Of a DNA stretch of 64,000 bases, positions 1 through 9,615 are shown piece by piece (the stretch's first letter is position 1; the number at the start of each line of letters is the position of its first letter). Location of the stretch: assembly GCA_964426735.1 (NCBI GenBank), contig CAYRRP010000001.1, positions 75,923 through 139,922 of the forward strand. The letters run 5' to 3'. A model generated the notes under the pieces. That model was given only the letters and a program-made list of their open reading frames with translations, searched no databases and had not been told where the DNA came from. Source of the DNA: an uncultured Candidatus Saccharibacteria bacterium (GTDB lineage: Bacteria; Patescibacteriota; Minisyncoccia; Phycocordibacterales; DATDWN01). The position numbers were made by a program, and so were the translations under genes.

Positions 1-48
1 GGAAGTATGTTTGGCGGAAAGTCAGCTCTTGTTGATCTAGGAAGATAA

Positions 49-1584
49 TCAAATCGCGTCAAACTTTGGAGCATTCCGTATAGAGTTCCTTTTCTCGATG
101 ATTCCTAGTTTCTCTCTACTACTTAAGTGATTGAGATCACGGTCATCTCTTGGTGGAAATACACCAAATGATACCGACCTATGATTATTCTCAATAACTT
201 TAGAAAGTAATATGGAAAAAGCATCAGCTAAGTCATCGTGTCTTTCCGAACCAAAACCAGTTAGTTGATTAATAAGTTGCTCTACTCCACTTTTAGGAAA
301 CAACACTTGACCACTTTCTATAAGAAAACTAACAGCACTCAATCTGTCATATTTGTCTCCCACAGAACGCACACCTACTACATTACAATTTTCTTTTTTG
401 AGATGTTCAATAATCGAAGCTTGATATCCGTTAGTTTCAACAAAGAGCTTGGGTCTATTAAGTACAGATGATATCATCTTAGCTTGCTCAATAGTTTCAA
501 GAGAAGTCAGTCGTTTGTTAACGATATTTGGTAGGATATATATTCTCAAGTTCTGTCCTCTACCTTGAACGATAGCAGGTATCATAGCAGTGTAGTCTGC
601 ACTATCTTTCAGTGATATAGCTAAATCAATACCAACTGCTCTATATGTATGGAAGTTATCAGGTGGAAGTACATCATATGATTGTATCCACCCTCTTTGA
701 ATAACCTGATCTTCTCTCTCAACAATTTGGAGTAGATATTCTCTCTGCCAAGCTAAAAGATTAAAGCATTTTGCTTTTTCCATTTGTATATCGTCATCAT
801 TTTGAAACTTGCCAGACCATAGAGGTATATTATTCTCATCAACAATAGGATATTCTCTAAAAATACTTTTTGAATTGTTATTTTCAAAGATACCCTTAAG
901 TCTCATGAGTAGAGAATCTTGGTGCAGTGGTGTACCAATGAAAATCATCCTTGTGTCTTTATCGCCAGCAGGTAACACATCACCCGTCAGCCACTCAAAC
1001 AGTTTATCTCTACTCTCTTGTGTTTTAACTGATTCAGAATCCTCTAGGTCGTCGCAAACAATTACATCGGGTCTATGTTGGTTGTGTCGTATACCTCTCA
1101 CACTTTGTTCTACTGACCCAATTGAGATTCTTGCTCCGTATTGAAGCAAGATGAGTGATTGAGCACCCCATTGGTTGTTCTCTTCCTTAAACGGACCAAG
1201 ATCACGACGTAGTTCATCGTTTTGCTCCAGTTCTTTCTTAATATTCATCAAGTGATTTTGAGCTTTACTCTGTGTCTTTCCGAGAATTAAGGGAAACTTC
1301 TTTTGTTGTTCTCCAAGTATAGACCAAATAACATATGACATAGTCACAATGGTACTCTTAGCACTTCCTCTAAAGGCAGTAATGACAAGATTTTGTATAT
1401 CCATATCTTCCGTTAACTGAAATATTTCTCTTTGAAAATCAGCAGTTCTGTATTTAACATAGTGTCTACCAAAGTAGTAGTGGAAAAACCAATAATGGCT
1501 TTTGCGAACCATTGCTACTCGAAAGGCTTTATCCTTTATCATTCTCTCTATTATCTTCTCCTCATCAGGATTTAGATTTGTCAT
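49..1584 (-). CDS. phage terminase large subunit (TerL), prophage remnant
   Basis: 511 aa. Walker A-like ITAFRGSAKSTIV and Walker B-like VIVCDDLED in the N-terminal half; C-terminal RNaseH-like nuclease half. Typical TerL architecture. Confidence 0.8.
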   Translation of the reverse strand: MTNLNPDEEKIIERMIKDKAFRVAMVRKSHYWFFHYYFGRHYVKYRTADFQREIFQLTEDMDIQNLVITAFRGSAKSTIVTMSYVIWSILGEQQKKFPLILGKTQSKAQNHLMNIKKELEQNDELRRDLGPFKEENNQWGAQSLILLQYGARISIGSVEQSVRGIRHNQHRPDVIVCDDLEDSESVKTQESRDKLFEWLTGDVLPAGDKDTRMIFIGTPLHQDSLLMRLKGIFENNNSKSIFREYPIVDENNIPLWSGKFQNDDDIQMEKAKCFNLLAWQREYLLQIVEREDQVIQRGWIQSYDVLPPDNFHTYRAVGIDLAISLKDSADYTAMIPAIVQGRGQNLRIYILPNIVNKRLTSLETIEQAKMISSVLNRPKLFVETNGYQASIIEHLKKENCNVVGVRSVGDKYDRLSAVSFLIESGQVLFPKSGVEQLINQLTGFGSERHDDLADAFSILLSKVIENNHRSVSFGVFPPRDDRDLNHLSSREKLGIIEKRNSIRNAPKFDAI

Positions 1585-1966
1585 GGTTTTGTGGAGGCAT
1601 AGCCAAAAGCAGAGCTTTCTTAATTAAGTCCTCTTGCTCTGGAGAGAGTGGTGCGTTCTGATTTTCCAGTTTTACTGTAGCTTCGACCTTTTCTCTGAAT
1701 TTAGGATTTCTGTGTCTTAACCAAAAACTGATAGCGTTCCAGTTTCTATCCTTAATGAGAGATAGAAGTTGATTCTCACTCATGTCATTAACCAAGGCTT
1801 CACCTTCAGACAAGGCAAGTTCCATTTCGTCTAGAAACTTTGGATCTTCCTTACGCCAACGGTAGATACTGTTTCTAGAGATATTTGTTTTCTCACATGC
1901 TACCTGAACTATGGGGATTTTACGGAGTTGTTCGAGGAAAGTATTCTTGATTTTATTCTTCTTCAT
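1565..1966 (-). CDS. terminase small subunit-like HTH protein
   Basis: 133 aa immediately upstream of TerL and overlapping it by a few codons. N-terminal HTH-like segment (ISRNSIYRWRKEDPKF), the usual TerS-TerL arrangement. Confidence 0.5.
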   Translation of the reverse strand: MKKNKIKNTFLEQLRKIPIVQVACEKTNISRNSIYRWRKEDPKFLDEMELALSEGEALVNDMSENQLLSLIKDRNWNAISFWLRHRNPKFREKVEATVKLENQNAPLSPEQEDLIKKALLLAMPPQNHDKSKS

Positions 1967-3233
1967 ATTTGTGAATTATCTTAGCTTTCTTTCCTGTAAG
2001 TAACTCAAATCGTTTGATAGCTAAATCACAAAATCGTGGTTCAAGTTCCACTGCATATACTCGTCGCTTTAACTGTTCCGCACATATCATAGTGCTAGAT
2101 GATCCAGCAAAGGAATCAAGAATGATGTCGCCAGGTTTAGTACACCGTCTAATCGCTTTCTCATGGAGCTTAGGGGGTTTACTCGTCGCATGCTCGTATT
2201 CTTTACCAGACAGTCGTTTTACAAACCACAAGTCCAAATGATCCAATGCTTCAGTTAGAAGATTGTTTCCAGTTGTGATTTCTTTGTTCATTACCTCATT
2301 AAGGTTCTGAATGTTTTTAGTAATGTATGGTTTGCCACGAACTCCGTATGTACATGGCTCGTAGCATTTGTTGAATGCCACAGTCGGTACTGGGTTCTGT
2401 GAGTTTTTGACCCACAAACAGACTCGTTTGTTTTCAATACCAAGTTCACGGTATATATCTTGGACGAATCCAATATATATTTGGTCCGACCAATAGAAGA
2501 TATGAGTATCTGGTTTAGATACAGACAGAGCATTAACCATGCTTTTTCTCAAGAACTCTTTGTATTCGACGTCTGTTCTGTTGTCGTTTACATTTCCACC
2601 ATAATTTTGTTTACCACCAATACCTCCGTTGTAATTGATTTTGATATTGTATACAGGATCGCTGTAAATCATTGACGCTTTCTCTTTGCCGAATAATTTC
2701 TTGAGAGAAGTTTGGTCTAATGAATCACCACAATAAAGCTTGTGACCTCCCATGAAAATCATATCTCCAAGTTTAGTTTTTGGTTTGGTGATTTTCTTGA
2801 GTTCAGCATCAACATCAAACTGATCATCTTCTGCTTCAAGGTTCTCCGACCAGATATCTTGGAGTTCATTCTTATCAAATCCAATATCAGTGAGTGTATC
2901 CATATCAAAGGATTTTAGTCCTTCAAAATCCCACTCACCATCGTTAGTGTTACTTTCGAGAGCGATTTTGTTTCTCTCGTCTTTGGTTAACTTGCGATTA
3001 GGAATGAGAACAGTAACTTCTTGTATACCAAGTTCAGTTAATGCTTTCTTTCTCTGGTTTCCCGAAAGTACTGTCCCATCTGTATCAATTTTGATGACAT
3101 CATGGAAACCACGTTGTTTGATACGATCCTTCAATTTCTCAAATGCTTCTTTAGTAATTTTCCTCGGATTGTTTCTCCAAGCTTTTAGAGACTTAACGCT
3201 CCGTTTTTCGGAACGCCATATTAATTTAGTCAT
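1953..3233 (-). CDS. ParB-like nuclease domain / DNA methyltransferase fusion (N6-adenine or N4-cytosine, beta-class motif order)
   Basis: 426 aa. N-terminal ParB-like domain, then MTase motif IV-like IYSDPVYN followed by motif I-like ILDSFAGSSST. Motif IV precedes motif I, as in the ParB-MTase fusions common in phages. Confidence 0.75.
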   Translation of the reverse strand: MTKLIWRSEKRSVKSLKAWRNNPRKITKEAFEKLKDRIKQRGFHDVIKIDTDGTVLSGNQRKKALTELGIQEVTVLIPNRKLTKDERNKIALESNTNDGEWDFEGLKSFDMDTLTDIGFDKNELQDIWSENLEAEDDQFDVDAELKKITKPKTKLGDMIFMGGHKLYCGDSLDQTSLKKLFGKEKASMIYSDPVYNIKINYNGGIGGKQNYGGNVNDNRTDVEYKEFLRKSMVNALSVSKPDTHIFYWSDQIYIGFVQDIYRELGIENKRVCLWVKNSQNPVPTVAFNKCYEPCTYGVRGKPYITKNIQNLNEVMNKEITTGNNLLTEALDHLDLWFVKRLSGKEYEHATSKPPKLHEKAIRRCTKPGDIILDSFAGSSSTMICAEQLKRRVYAVELEPRFCDLAIKRFELLTGKKAKIIHKYEEE

Positions 3234-3260
3234 GTTGTTTTAAGTTAGAACTGTTAAAAC

Positions 3261-3376
3261 AATTTAGGTCTCAGTTTAGGTGCAAACAAAAAACGGCACG
3301 AAATAGCGAGTTTAGATCAAATCTCGACCGATCTAAAACTCACACAATTTAGGTACCGTTTAGTTCCAGTTAGTTT
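3261..3376. repeat. iteron-like TTTAG(G/A)T repeats plus an 8-nt inverted repeat in the phage-module upstream region
   Basis: AATTTAGGT at 3261 and 3347, AGTTTAGGT at 3273, TTTAGATC(N12)GATCTAAA at 3311-3338, GTTTAGTT at 3358 and 3369. Lies between the divergent ParB-MTase gene and the 3490 gene. Confidence 0.5.
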
Positions 3377-3489
3377 CTTGCTATTACAAGTACCTGTAGT
3401 ATAGCTCTATGTGGGGAGGGGTCAAGTGGATAACTTTTATTAAATAGACCATTTCGTTATACAAGTCTTTAAAATGGTAAAATAGGCTT

Positions 3490-4797
3490 ATGTCGTCATT
3501 AGGACCAACGATCATTTTCGATAAGTCAGTACTTCAATCACTTAGTGAAGATGAGTCTGTTTGGCTTGATGCTTTTTATCATTCAATAATTACACCCCTA
3601 TTTTATGTGGAAACTCTAGCCGATTTGGCTAAGAAATCTGAATTAAGACCTGCGGAAGATACTGTTCGCATGATTGCAAACAAAGTACCTGAAATGGGTT
3701 CTAGCCCAAATACTCATCACAGAGAACTGGTAGTCGGTAATCTGTTGGGATATGAAGTTAGTAATTCTAGAAGACCAATTCTTAGCGGAGGTAAGAGATA
3801 TACCATGAATAATAAGATCGGTGTCGTTTTTGATGAACCTCCAGAAACTAAAGCTTTTCAACGCTGGCAAAAACAAGAGTTTAATGAACTTGAAAGAGAG
3901 ATTGCTTCACTATGGAGGCAAGCTCTTGCAGAATTTGACTATGATTATTATTTTAATTTAATCAGAGAAATTACTGGTTCAACATTTACAAAACCAAAAA
4001 ATATTGAGGAAGCATACGATATGGCTTCAAAGATAGTTCGTGGAGAAGGTGACAGGTATAAATTATTGATAATGGCTAGAAATTTATTCAACATAAGCGA
4101 TGCAGGTTTCAGAGAAATATTGAAAGGATGGAATAAAAGTGGAATGCTTTCTATAAGCCAATTCGCTCCATATGCGAGTCATGTATTAAAAGTTGATATC
4201 TTTTTTATATTATGTACTAGTTCAAGTCTCATTTCTAGAGATAGAAAAAGTAACAGAGCAGATATGGCTTATTTGTATTATCTACCATTCGCCAATATTT
4301 TTACTTCAAGCGACAATTTACACAAAAGAGTCACACCGTTATTTTTAGAATCAGATCAAAGATTTATTTATGGTCCTGATTTAAAAAAGGATTTATCAGA
4401 ATTAGATGAGCACTTTTTTAAATTAAAAACCGATGATGAAAAAAGAGGTGGGGTTTTTGGTTTTGCCTGGTATCCTCCAGACAACAGTAGATTTTTAACT
4501 ACTCAGATGTGGGACAACATGAGACCTAACTGGAGATTGAGTGATAATCCAATGAGACAAGAAAAAATAAAGCCTAAAAATCAAAAGGTTCCAGATGGAT
4601 TAAAGGAGCACATTAAGAATGCTTATGAACAAATAAAGGCACAAAAAGGGACTCCAGTCTCTCCAGAGTTTGACCTTGAGGAAGCAAATGATGTAATTGT
4701 AAAAAGGACGGTTAGGGGGAGAAAAGGTAAATGGCAACTATTTTCAGATGAGATGATGAACTCTAAAGAGAGACTAATGGATGATGATGCAGATTAG
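3490..4797 (+). CDS. hypothetical protein (435 aa), possibly prophage accessory
   Basis: Long ORF with complex composition and no motif I can name. Sits directly next to the prophage module. Confidence 0.55.
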   Translation: MSSLGPTIIFDKSVLQSLSEDESVWLDAFYHSIITPLFYVETLADLAKKSELRPAEDTVRMIANKVPEMGSSPNTHHRELVVGNLLGYEVSNSRRPILSGGKRYTMNNKIGVVFDEPPETKAFQRWQKQEFNELEREIASLWRQALAEFDYDYYFNLIREITGSTFTKPKNIEEAYDMASKIVRGEGDRYKLLIMARNLFNISDAGFREILKGWNKSGMLSISQFAPYASHVLKVDIFFILCTSSSLISRDRKSNRADMAYLYYLPFANIFTSSDNLHKRVTPLFLESDQRFIYGPDLKKDLSELDEHFFKLKTDDEKRGGVFGFAWYPPDNSRFLTTQMWDNMRPNWRLSDNPMRQEKIKPKNQKVPDGLKEHIKNAYEQIKAQKGTPVSPEFDLEEANDVIVKRTVRGRKGKWQLFSDEMMNSKERLMDDDAD

Positions 4798-4841
4798 TTA
4801 TTTGCGTTAGTCTATTTTTTCACTAATATACAAATATAACG

Positions 4842-5786
4842 ATGAAAAAGTATGAAGATATATTTGTGTCCACACCTAAACCCTTTCAAGAAATTGGGAG
4901 TAATTTTGTTATTTCTGGATTAGTTCCAGTCTCTTGGTTAAAAGATGAGTTTGGAACTTTTGATAATCGGTTATTTTTAGATCTAATTGATATTGATGGT
5001 ATAGCTTTTAGTTGTGACACAATCTTTCTTCCGAGAATTAACTGGTTATGGAGATTATTAAGGAAAGTACCGTTTGATGCTAATGTCCAGTTTAACCAAT
5101 TTAACCTCGGCTTCTTAGAAAAATCTCAAGGAAGAGTTACTATTAAAATTTCAGCAAAGATGGAGGATGATAAATCTGTTTATATACCACTAATCATTAA
5201 GGAGTTAGAGCCAGAAAATGGAGTAGATCTTGAAGTACTAGAAAAACATAAAACTGTCGGTAGTAGGATAAAGCAGTATAAACAAGATTTAAAAGATTAT
5301 TACAGACAACTTGAAGAAATCAGAAAAAGACGTGAAGTTAAAGATAATATTTTTGATGATGCAGAATCAAATAAATTTTCATACTCAGGAGACCTAAATT
5401 TTGCTCATGAAATTTTGAACATTTTAAATCAATCAGAAGAAAATTTCGAAGAGTATCTTTATAGTGAGGAGGACAAAGAAGAACAAAAGTTAGAGGAGAA
5501 ATATAAAGATGCAATTGCGTGGAGGGGACCACTTTTTCGTGGACTGGTTGCAAAATTTGGTCCATTTGAAATGAGAGTCTATAGTAATGACCATGATAAA
5601 CATTTCCATGTAATACATAAAAGTAAGGGCGTGAACGCAAGATTTTCTTTTCCTCAAATTGAACTGATGAACTATAAAAAATCTAGAAATACCATTGGAA
5701 GTAAAGAATTAAAAAAAATTTGTGAGTTTTGTAAACGACCAGAAATTTTTGAAAGATTAGAAAAAGAATTCAGTAAGAGACAATAA
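4842..5786 (+). CDS. hypothetical protein with C-terminal DUF4160 domain
   Basis: 314 aa. C-terminal ...RVYSNDHDKHFHVIHKSKGVNARFSF... matches the DUF4160 signature (NDHxPPHFH). An acidic coiled-coil linker separates it from an N-terminal beta-rich domain. Confidence 0.5.
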   Translation: MKKYEDIFVSTPKPFQEIGSNFVISGLVPVSWLKDEFGTFDNRLFLDLIDIDGIAFSCDTIFLPRINWLWRLLRKVPFDANVQFNQFNLGFLEKSQGRVTIKISAKMEDDKSVYIPLIIKELEPENGVDLEVLEKHKTVGSRIKQYKQDLKDYYRQLEEIRKRREVKDNIFDDAESNKFSYSGDLNFAHEILNILNQSEENFEEYLYSEEDKEEQKLEEKYKDAIAWRGPLFRGLVAKFGPFEMRVYSNDHDKHFHVIHKSKGVNARFSFPQIELMNYKKSRNTIGSKELKKICEFCKRPEIFERLEKEFSKRQ

Positions 5787-5824
5787 CGAGATTTATAAGT
5801 AAAGTGAAGTGATGATTGTCTGTA

Positions 5825-6130
5825 CTACCAACTTCTATTCCACCATGATCCGAATTTTCCAAAAAGAAGTAGGAAGAATCCCAGTATACTAATAGAAAGA
5901 CCCATGCCAGTCTTTGGATCACTAAACCCTAAAACTGAAAGCCATGCTAGAAAGTAATATCCTCCACCTATGAACATGAGCCAACCAAGAGCTATAGTGA
6001 CTTTCCACTTTTTTGATACTGTCTGAGCGCCGTCTACTCTAACAGTTGTTTTTGAATTACCAATTCCAAACAATGATAAAATCCATCCAGAGATGACTGC
6101 TATCACAATTCCACTAAGTATCTGATTCAT
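5825..6130 (-). CDS. small membrane protein
   Basis: About 100 aa with 3 predicted TM helices. The ORF track starts at TTG (6139); an ATG at 6128-6130 is the likelier start. Confidence 0.45.
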   Translation of the reverse strand: MNQILSGIVIAVISGWILSLFGIGNSKTTVRVDGAQTVSKKWKVTIALGWLMFIGGGYYFLAWLSVLGFSDPKTGMGLSISILGFFLLLFGKFGSWWNRSW

Positions 6131-6395
6131 AATAAGCAAAGAATACCGAGAGGGTGGTAAAAAGTAAAGTGACAGTCAGAAGTCTCTTTCAAGTGTCACT
6201 TTTGTCACTATTTGAAAAAATCAGTGTGCTCAAGACCCGTCGATATGATATTGTTAAATTAGCTAAATCCACCAATCTGGGCTTGACCGACCACGGTTCT
6301 AGCTCGAGTCGGCCAGCCAAGTCGAGCACAGCACGAGTTGTGTTATTTGTCAACAGCACTCGAGCGCTCAAGTTGCGTCGTCAATTTAATTTTTA

Positions 6396-7187
6396 TTGAA
6401 CTTTATGGAATCACTAAATAAAGCAATTGAGAACCTAAAGCTAAATAACGATGTAGACGCAGTTTTTCTCACAGGTTCGAACGCTATAAACCAATCAAAA
6501 TCATACAGTGATATTGATTTGGTGGTTATTCTGAAAGAAAACAAAAATAGTCTATATTCTCTATACAAATGGATTGATGGTATTTTTGCTGAAATTTTCT
6601 TTTTTGATTTGTCAGATATGCAAAGAATTGCTTCAGCAACAAACATTGATTCTGATAATTTCGATGCAATATTGTTTGATTGGATAAAAAAATCAAATAT
6701 ATATTTTGATAAATCTGGATTGGTTACAAATTTGAAATTGAAAGCTTTAGAAGTTGATACTTCACATGTTTCTGAAAAATCCAAAAAAGGTTATTGGCAA
6801 AGAATAAATCACAATTATATTGCTGATAAAAGATATTTTGATTCTGGAGATCAAATTTACCATGAAGCTCTGGAAATGAAATTATTCTATAGCATGGAAC
6901 AAGTTACCTGTGCTTATTTTACTCTACGAGATATACCGTGGAGAGGAGAGAAAAACGCTATTTTGTATATGAAAGAAAATGCAAAAGATTTTTACGAATT
7001 GTTTCAAAGCTATACTTCTGCAGTAACTCTACATGAAAGATTTAAGGCATATTCAGAAATGGTTGATTTGGTTTTTACCGATGAATATAAAAAATGGACA
7101 AAGGAGAATGAAATAATTCTTAAAAAAGATTTTTCTGTTGCAGAAAAGGATGATCTTGTTTCTATTTATGTAAAATCATTATTTTAA
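6396..7187 (+). CDS. nucleotidyltransferase-fold protein (aminoglycoside/minimal nucleotidyltransferase-like)
   Basis: 263 aa. N-terminal NTase motif GSNAINQSKSYSDIDLVVIL (hG[GS]...DhD), C-terminal helical domain. Confidence 0.6.
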   Translation: MNFMESLNKAIENLKLNNDVDAVFLTGSNAINQSKSYSDIDLVVILKENKNSLYSLYKWIDGIFAEIFFFDLSDMQRIASATNIDSDNFDAILFDWIKKSNIYFDKSGLVTNLKLKALEVDTSHVSEKSKKGYWQRINHNYIADKRYFDSGDQIYHEALEMKLFYSMEQVTCAYFTLRDIPWRGEKNAILYMKENAKDFYELFQSYTSAVTLHERFKAYSEMVDLVFTDEYKKWTKENEIILKKDFSVAEKDDLVSIYVKSLF

Positions 7188-7195
7188 AAAATAAC

Positions 7196-7678
7196 ATGCA
7201 AATAAAATCACAATTCACTGATAATGGGAATATAGCACAAGTGGTATATGAGGATTGTGACTCTTTTAACCATCTTTTATCAAAAAAAGTGACACAAGTA
7301 TACGCTATCTGTTTCCTAGATGACAAAATGCTAGTTGTTCACAATAAACATGCATGGGGTTTAGTTGGTGGTGGTCTTGAACCAAACGAAACATATGAAG
7401 AATGTTTGAAAAGAGAAATAAAAGAAGAATCAAATATGAGAGTTCTTTCTTTTGCACCTGTAGGTGCCCAAGAAGTTCAATTTGATGGCAAAATAATCTA
7501 CCAACTTCGTTATGCTTGCATCATTCATCCATATGGTGATTTTGTCTCTGACCCAGACGGAGATGTATCTGAAATTAAACTAATTGATTCAAAAGATTAT
7601 AAAGAATATTTTGACTGGGGTGAAATTGGAGAAAGAATCATAGAAAGAGCACTCGAACTTAAGAATAAATTAGCTTAA
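7196..7678 (+). CDS. NUDIX hydrolase (paralog 1)
   Basis: Nudix box GGGLEPNETYEECLKREIKEESN. Shares the C-terminal block PYGDFVSDPDGDxSEIKLID with the ORFs at 7686 and 11897. Confidence 0.8.
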   Translation: MQIKSQFTDNGNIAQVVYEDCDSFNHLLSKKVTQVYAICFLDDKMLVVHNKHAWGLVGGGLEPNETYEECLKREIKEESNMRVLSFAPVGAQEVQFDGKIIYQLRYACIIHPYGDFVSDPDGDVSEIKLIDSKDYKEYFDWGEIGERIIERALELKNKLA

Positions 7679-7685
7679 CAAAATC

Positions 7686-8180
7686 ATGGAAATAAAATCA
7701 CAATTTAAATCACGTAATGGAGAAATGGTTGATTACGTGTTCAGAGAAGGATTTGATCCGATGGGGGGATTAGATGGAAAAGTTCTGCAGGCTGTCCATG
7801 GTTTTTGTTTTTATGGTGACAAATTGGTAGTAGTATACGCAAATGATAAGGGGTATTGGACATTTCCAGGCGGTAGTATAGAACCCGGAGAAACATGGCA
7901 AGAAGCTACTACCCGAGAGATAAAAGAAGAATCAAATATGAAAGTGTTACATCAGGAATTGATTGGATATATCGATGTATATGAAAAAGACCGCACTATT
8001 CGACAAACCAGATCGTTTTGTATAGTTGAACCATACGGTGATTTCGTTTCTGATCCGGATGGAGATATTTCAGAAATAAAGTTGATTGACCCAAAAGACT
8101 ACGGACAGTATGTAAAATGGGGAGAAATTGGTGATCACATTGTGAAGCGAGCGATGGAAATGTTTGGAAAATATAAATAA
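7686..8180 (+). CDS. NUDIX hydrolase (paralog 2)
   Basis: Nudix box PGGSIEPGETWQEATTREIKEESN. About 50% identical to the neighbouring paralogs. Confidence 0.8.
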   Translation: MEIKSQFKSRNGEMVDYVFREGFDPMGGLDGKVLQAVHGFCFYGDKLVVVYANDKGYWTFPGGSIEPGETWQEATTREIKEESNMKVLHQELIGYIDVYEKDRTIRQTRSFCIVEPYGDFVSDPDGDISEIKLIDPKDYGQYVKWGEIGDHIVKRAMEMFGKYK

Positions 8181-8373
8181 AATTATGAAAGAAATTGAGA
8201 ATAATCTTATTTCAGCCCGTCAAAATATTTTGGATAAATTATTGAATTTCTTTCAAAATAAGGCTACTGAATGTCATGTTTTCGGATCCATAGCTAGAGG
8301 TGATACTGATGCATATAGCGATATGGATATTTTTTATGCTTCTTGGTTTTACATTCTCATTCACAACTCATAA
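8164..8373 (+). pseudogene. truncated minimal nucleotidyltransferase fragment
   Basis: 69 aa. Contains the NTase motif GSIARGDTDAYSDMDI but ends about 40-60 aa short of a complete MNT fold. Overlaps the upstream gene end. Confidence 0.4.
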
Positions 8374-8518
8374 AATCACTCATCCTATACACAGGATTAT
8401 TGCTGGTATAGCGGTCATTTTGTTTTTTACTTTTGTGTGGGTGATGCTGGCGACAGGATAATTGGACAGTCCATTTCTGACACCACCGTCAGGTGGTGTA
8501 TAGTAAAGTAGTCTACAT

Positions 8519-9118
8519 ATGAAATCAAAAATTTTAGAACTTGCATCATTGATTCTTGACTTTGGAAAAGTAGATCGAAAGACATCTCACCAAGATGGTG
8601 TTTATCCTGAATCTGATACGGACCATACTGTCATGCTTGGTATATTGGCACCATCTATTGCCGAGCGTTTATATCCAGATCTTGATCGAGGGCTTTTGGT
8701 GCAGTTTGCACTGATTCATGACCTGGTTGAAGTGCATACGGGAGACACACCAACACTTATCGGTGTAAGTGATGCATTTTTTGCAGATAAAGAAGCTCGA
8801 GAATATGACTCACTAAAGCGTATTGAAGAAATGTTTGGACCTGTATTTCCGTGGGTACATACTACGATAGAGCATTATGAACGCTTGGATACAAAAGAAG
8901 CTCGGTTTATAAAAACACTTGATAAAATTTTGCCGAAGCTTACTGTGATATTAAACCAGGGTGCTGGGCTCAAACGTCACGGACATATTACTAAAGATGA
9001 AGTAAAAAAGACTTTTGTTATCCAGAAGAAGAAGTTGGAGGGTATTGCTCATGATATGCCAGAACTACTTGAGCTCTGGCAACACTTTATGGATAAAGAG
9101 CTCGAATTTTTGGAATGA
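8519..9118 (+). CDS. HD-domain 5'-deoxynucleotidase (YfbR-like)
   Basis: H...HD...D metal-binding pattern (ESDTDHT ... LIHDLVEVHTGD), as in the YfbR/HD_3 family. Confidence 0.7.
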   Translation: MKSKILELASLILDFGKVDRKTSHQDGVYPESDTDHTVMLGILAPSIAERLYPDLDRGLLVQFALIHDLVEVHTGDTPTLIGVSDAFFADKEAREYDSLKRIEEMFGPVFPWVHTTIEHYERLDTKEARFIKTLDKILPKLTVILNQGAGLKRHGHITKDEVKKTFVIQKKKLEGIAHDMPELLELWQHFMDKELEFLE

Positions 9119-9152
9119 TACAAGTAATATATTTCTGGTATACTTTTCTCAT

Positions 9153-9587
9153 ATGCAAAAAATTAAAATCGAAACAATAATCAATGCTCCAGTAGCAAAA
9201 GTTTGGGAACACTGGAATAGTCCAGAAAGCATTAAAGGGTGGGCTTTTGCCAGTGATACGTGGGAATGTCCGTATGCGGAAAATGATGTAAAAGTGGGAG
9301 GTAGATTTTTGACTCGAATGTCCGCAAAAGACGGGAGCGCTTCTTTTGATTTTACCGGTACGTACACAGAAGTTGTTCCGTTTGAAAAAATCACATACAT
9401 AATGGATAAAGCTGATACTGAAGCAGAGCATAGAGAATGCGATATTATTTTTACTGATCTTGGAGACGGTACTACAAAAATAGAAGAAGAATTTTCTCCC
9501 GAAGAAGTAAATAGTGAAGATATACAAAGAGCCGGATGGTCTGCAATACTTGAAAACTTTAAAAAGTTTGTAGAAAACAAAGCATAA
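9153..9587 (+). CDS. SRPBCC (AHSA1/YndB-like) domain protein
   Basis: About 144 aa with a conserved VWEHWNSPE...W start typical of the Aha1/SRPBCC fold. Start taken at the ATG at 9153; the ORF track begins earlier. Confidence 0.5.
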   Translation: MQKIKIETIINAPVAKVWEHWNSPESIKGWAFASDTWECPYAENDVKVGGRFLTRMSAKDGSASFDFTGTYTEVVPFEKITYIMDKADTEAEHRECDIIFTDLGDGTTKIEEEFSPEEVNSEDIQRAGWSAILENFKKFVENKA

Positions 9588-9615
9588 CGTATTTGATAAT
9601 ATAGTTTGCTATACT

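Noticed and set aside
8164-8373. Treating the 69-aa nucleotidyltransferase fragment as half of a MNT/HEPN toxin-antitoxin pair
   Set aside because: No HEPN partner ORF is adjacent and the fragment is truncated. Called a pseudogene remnant instead.
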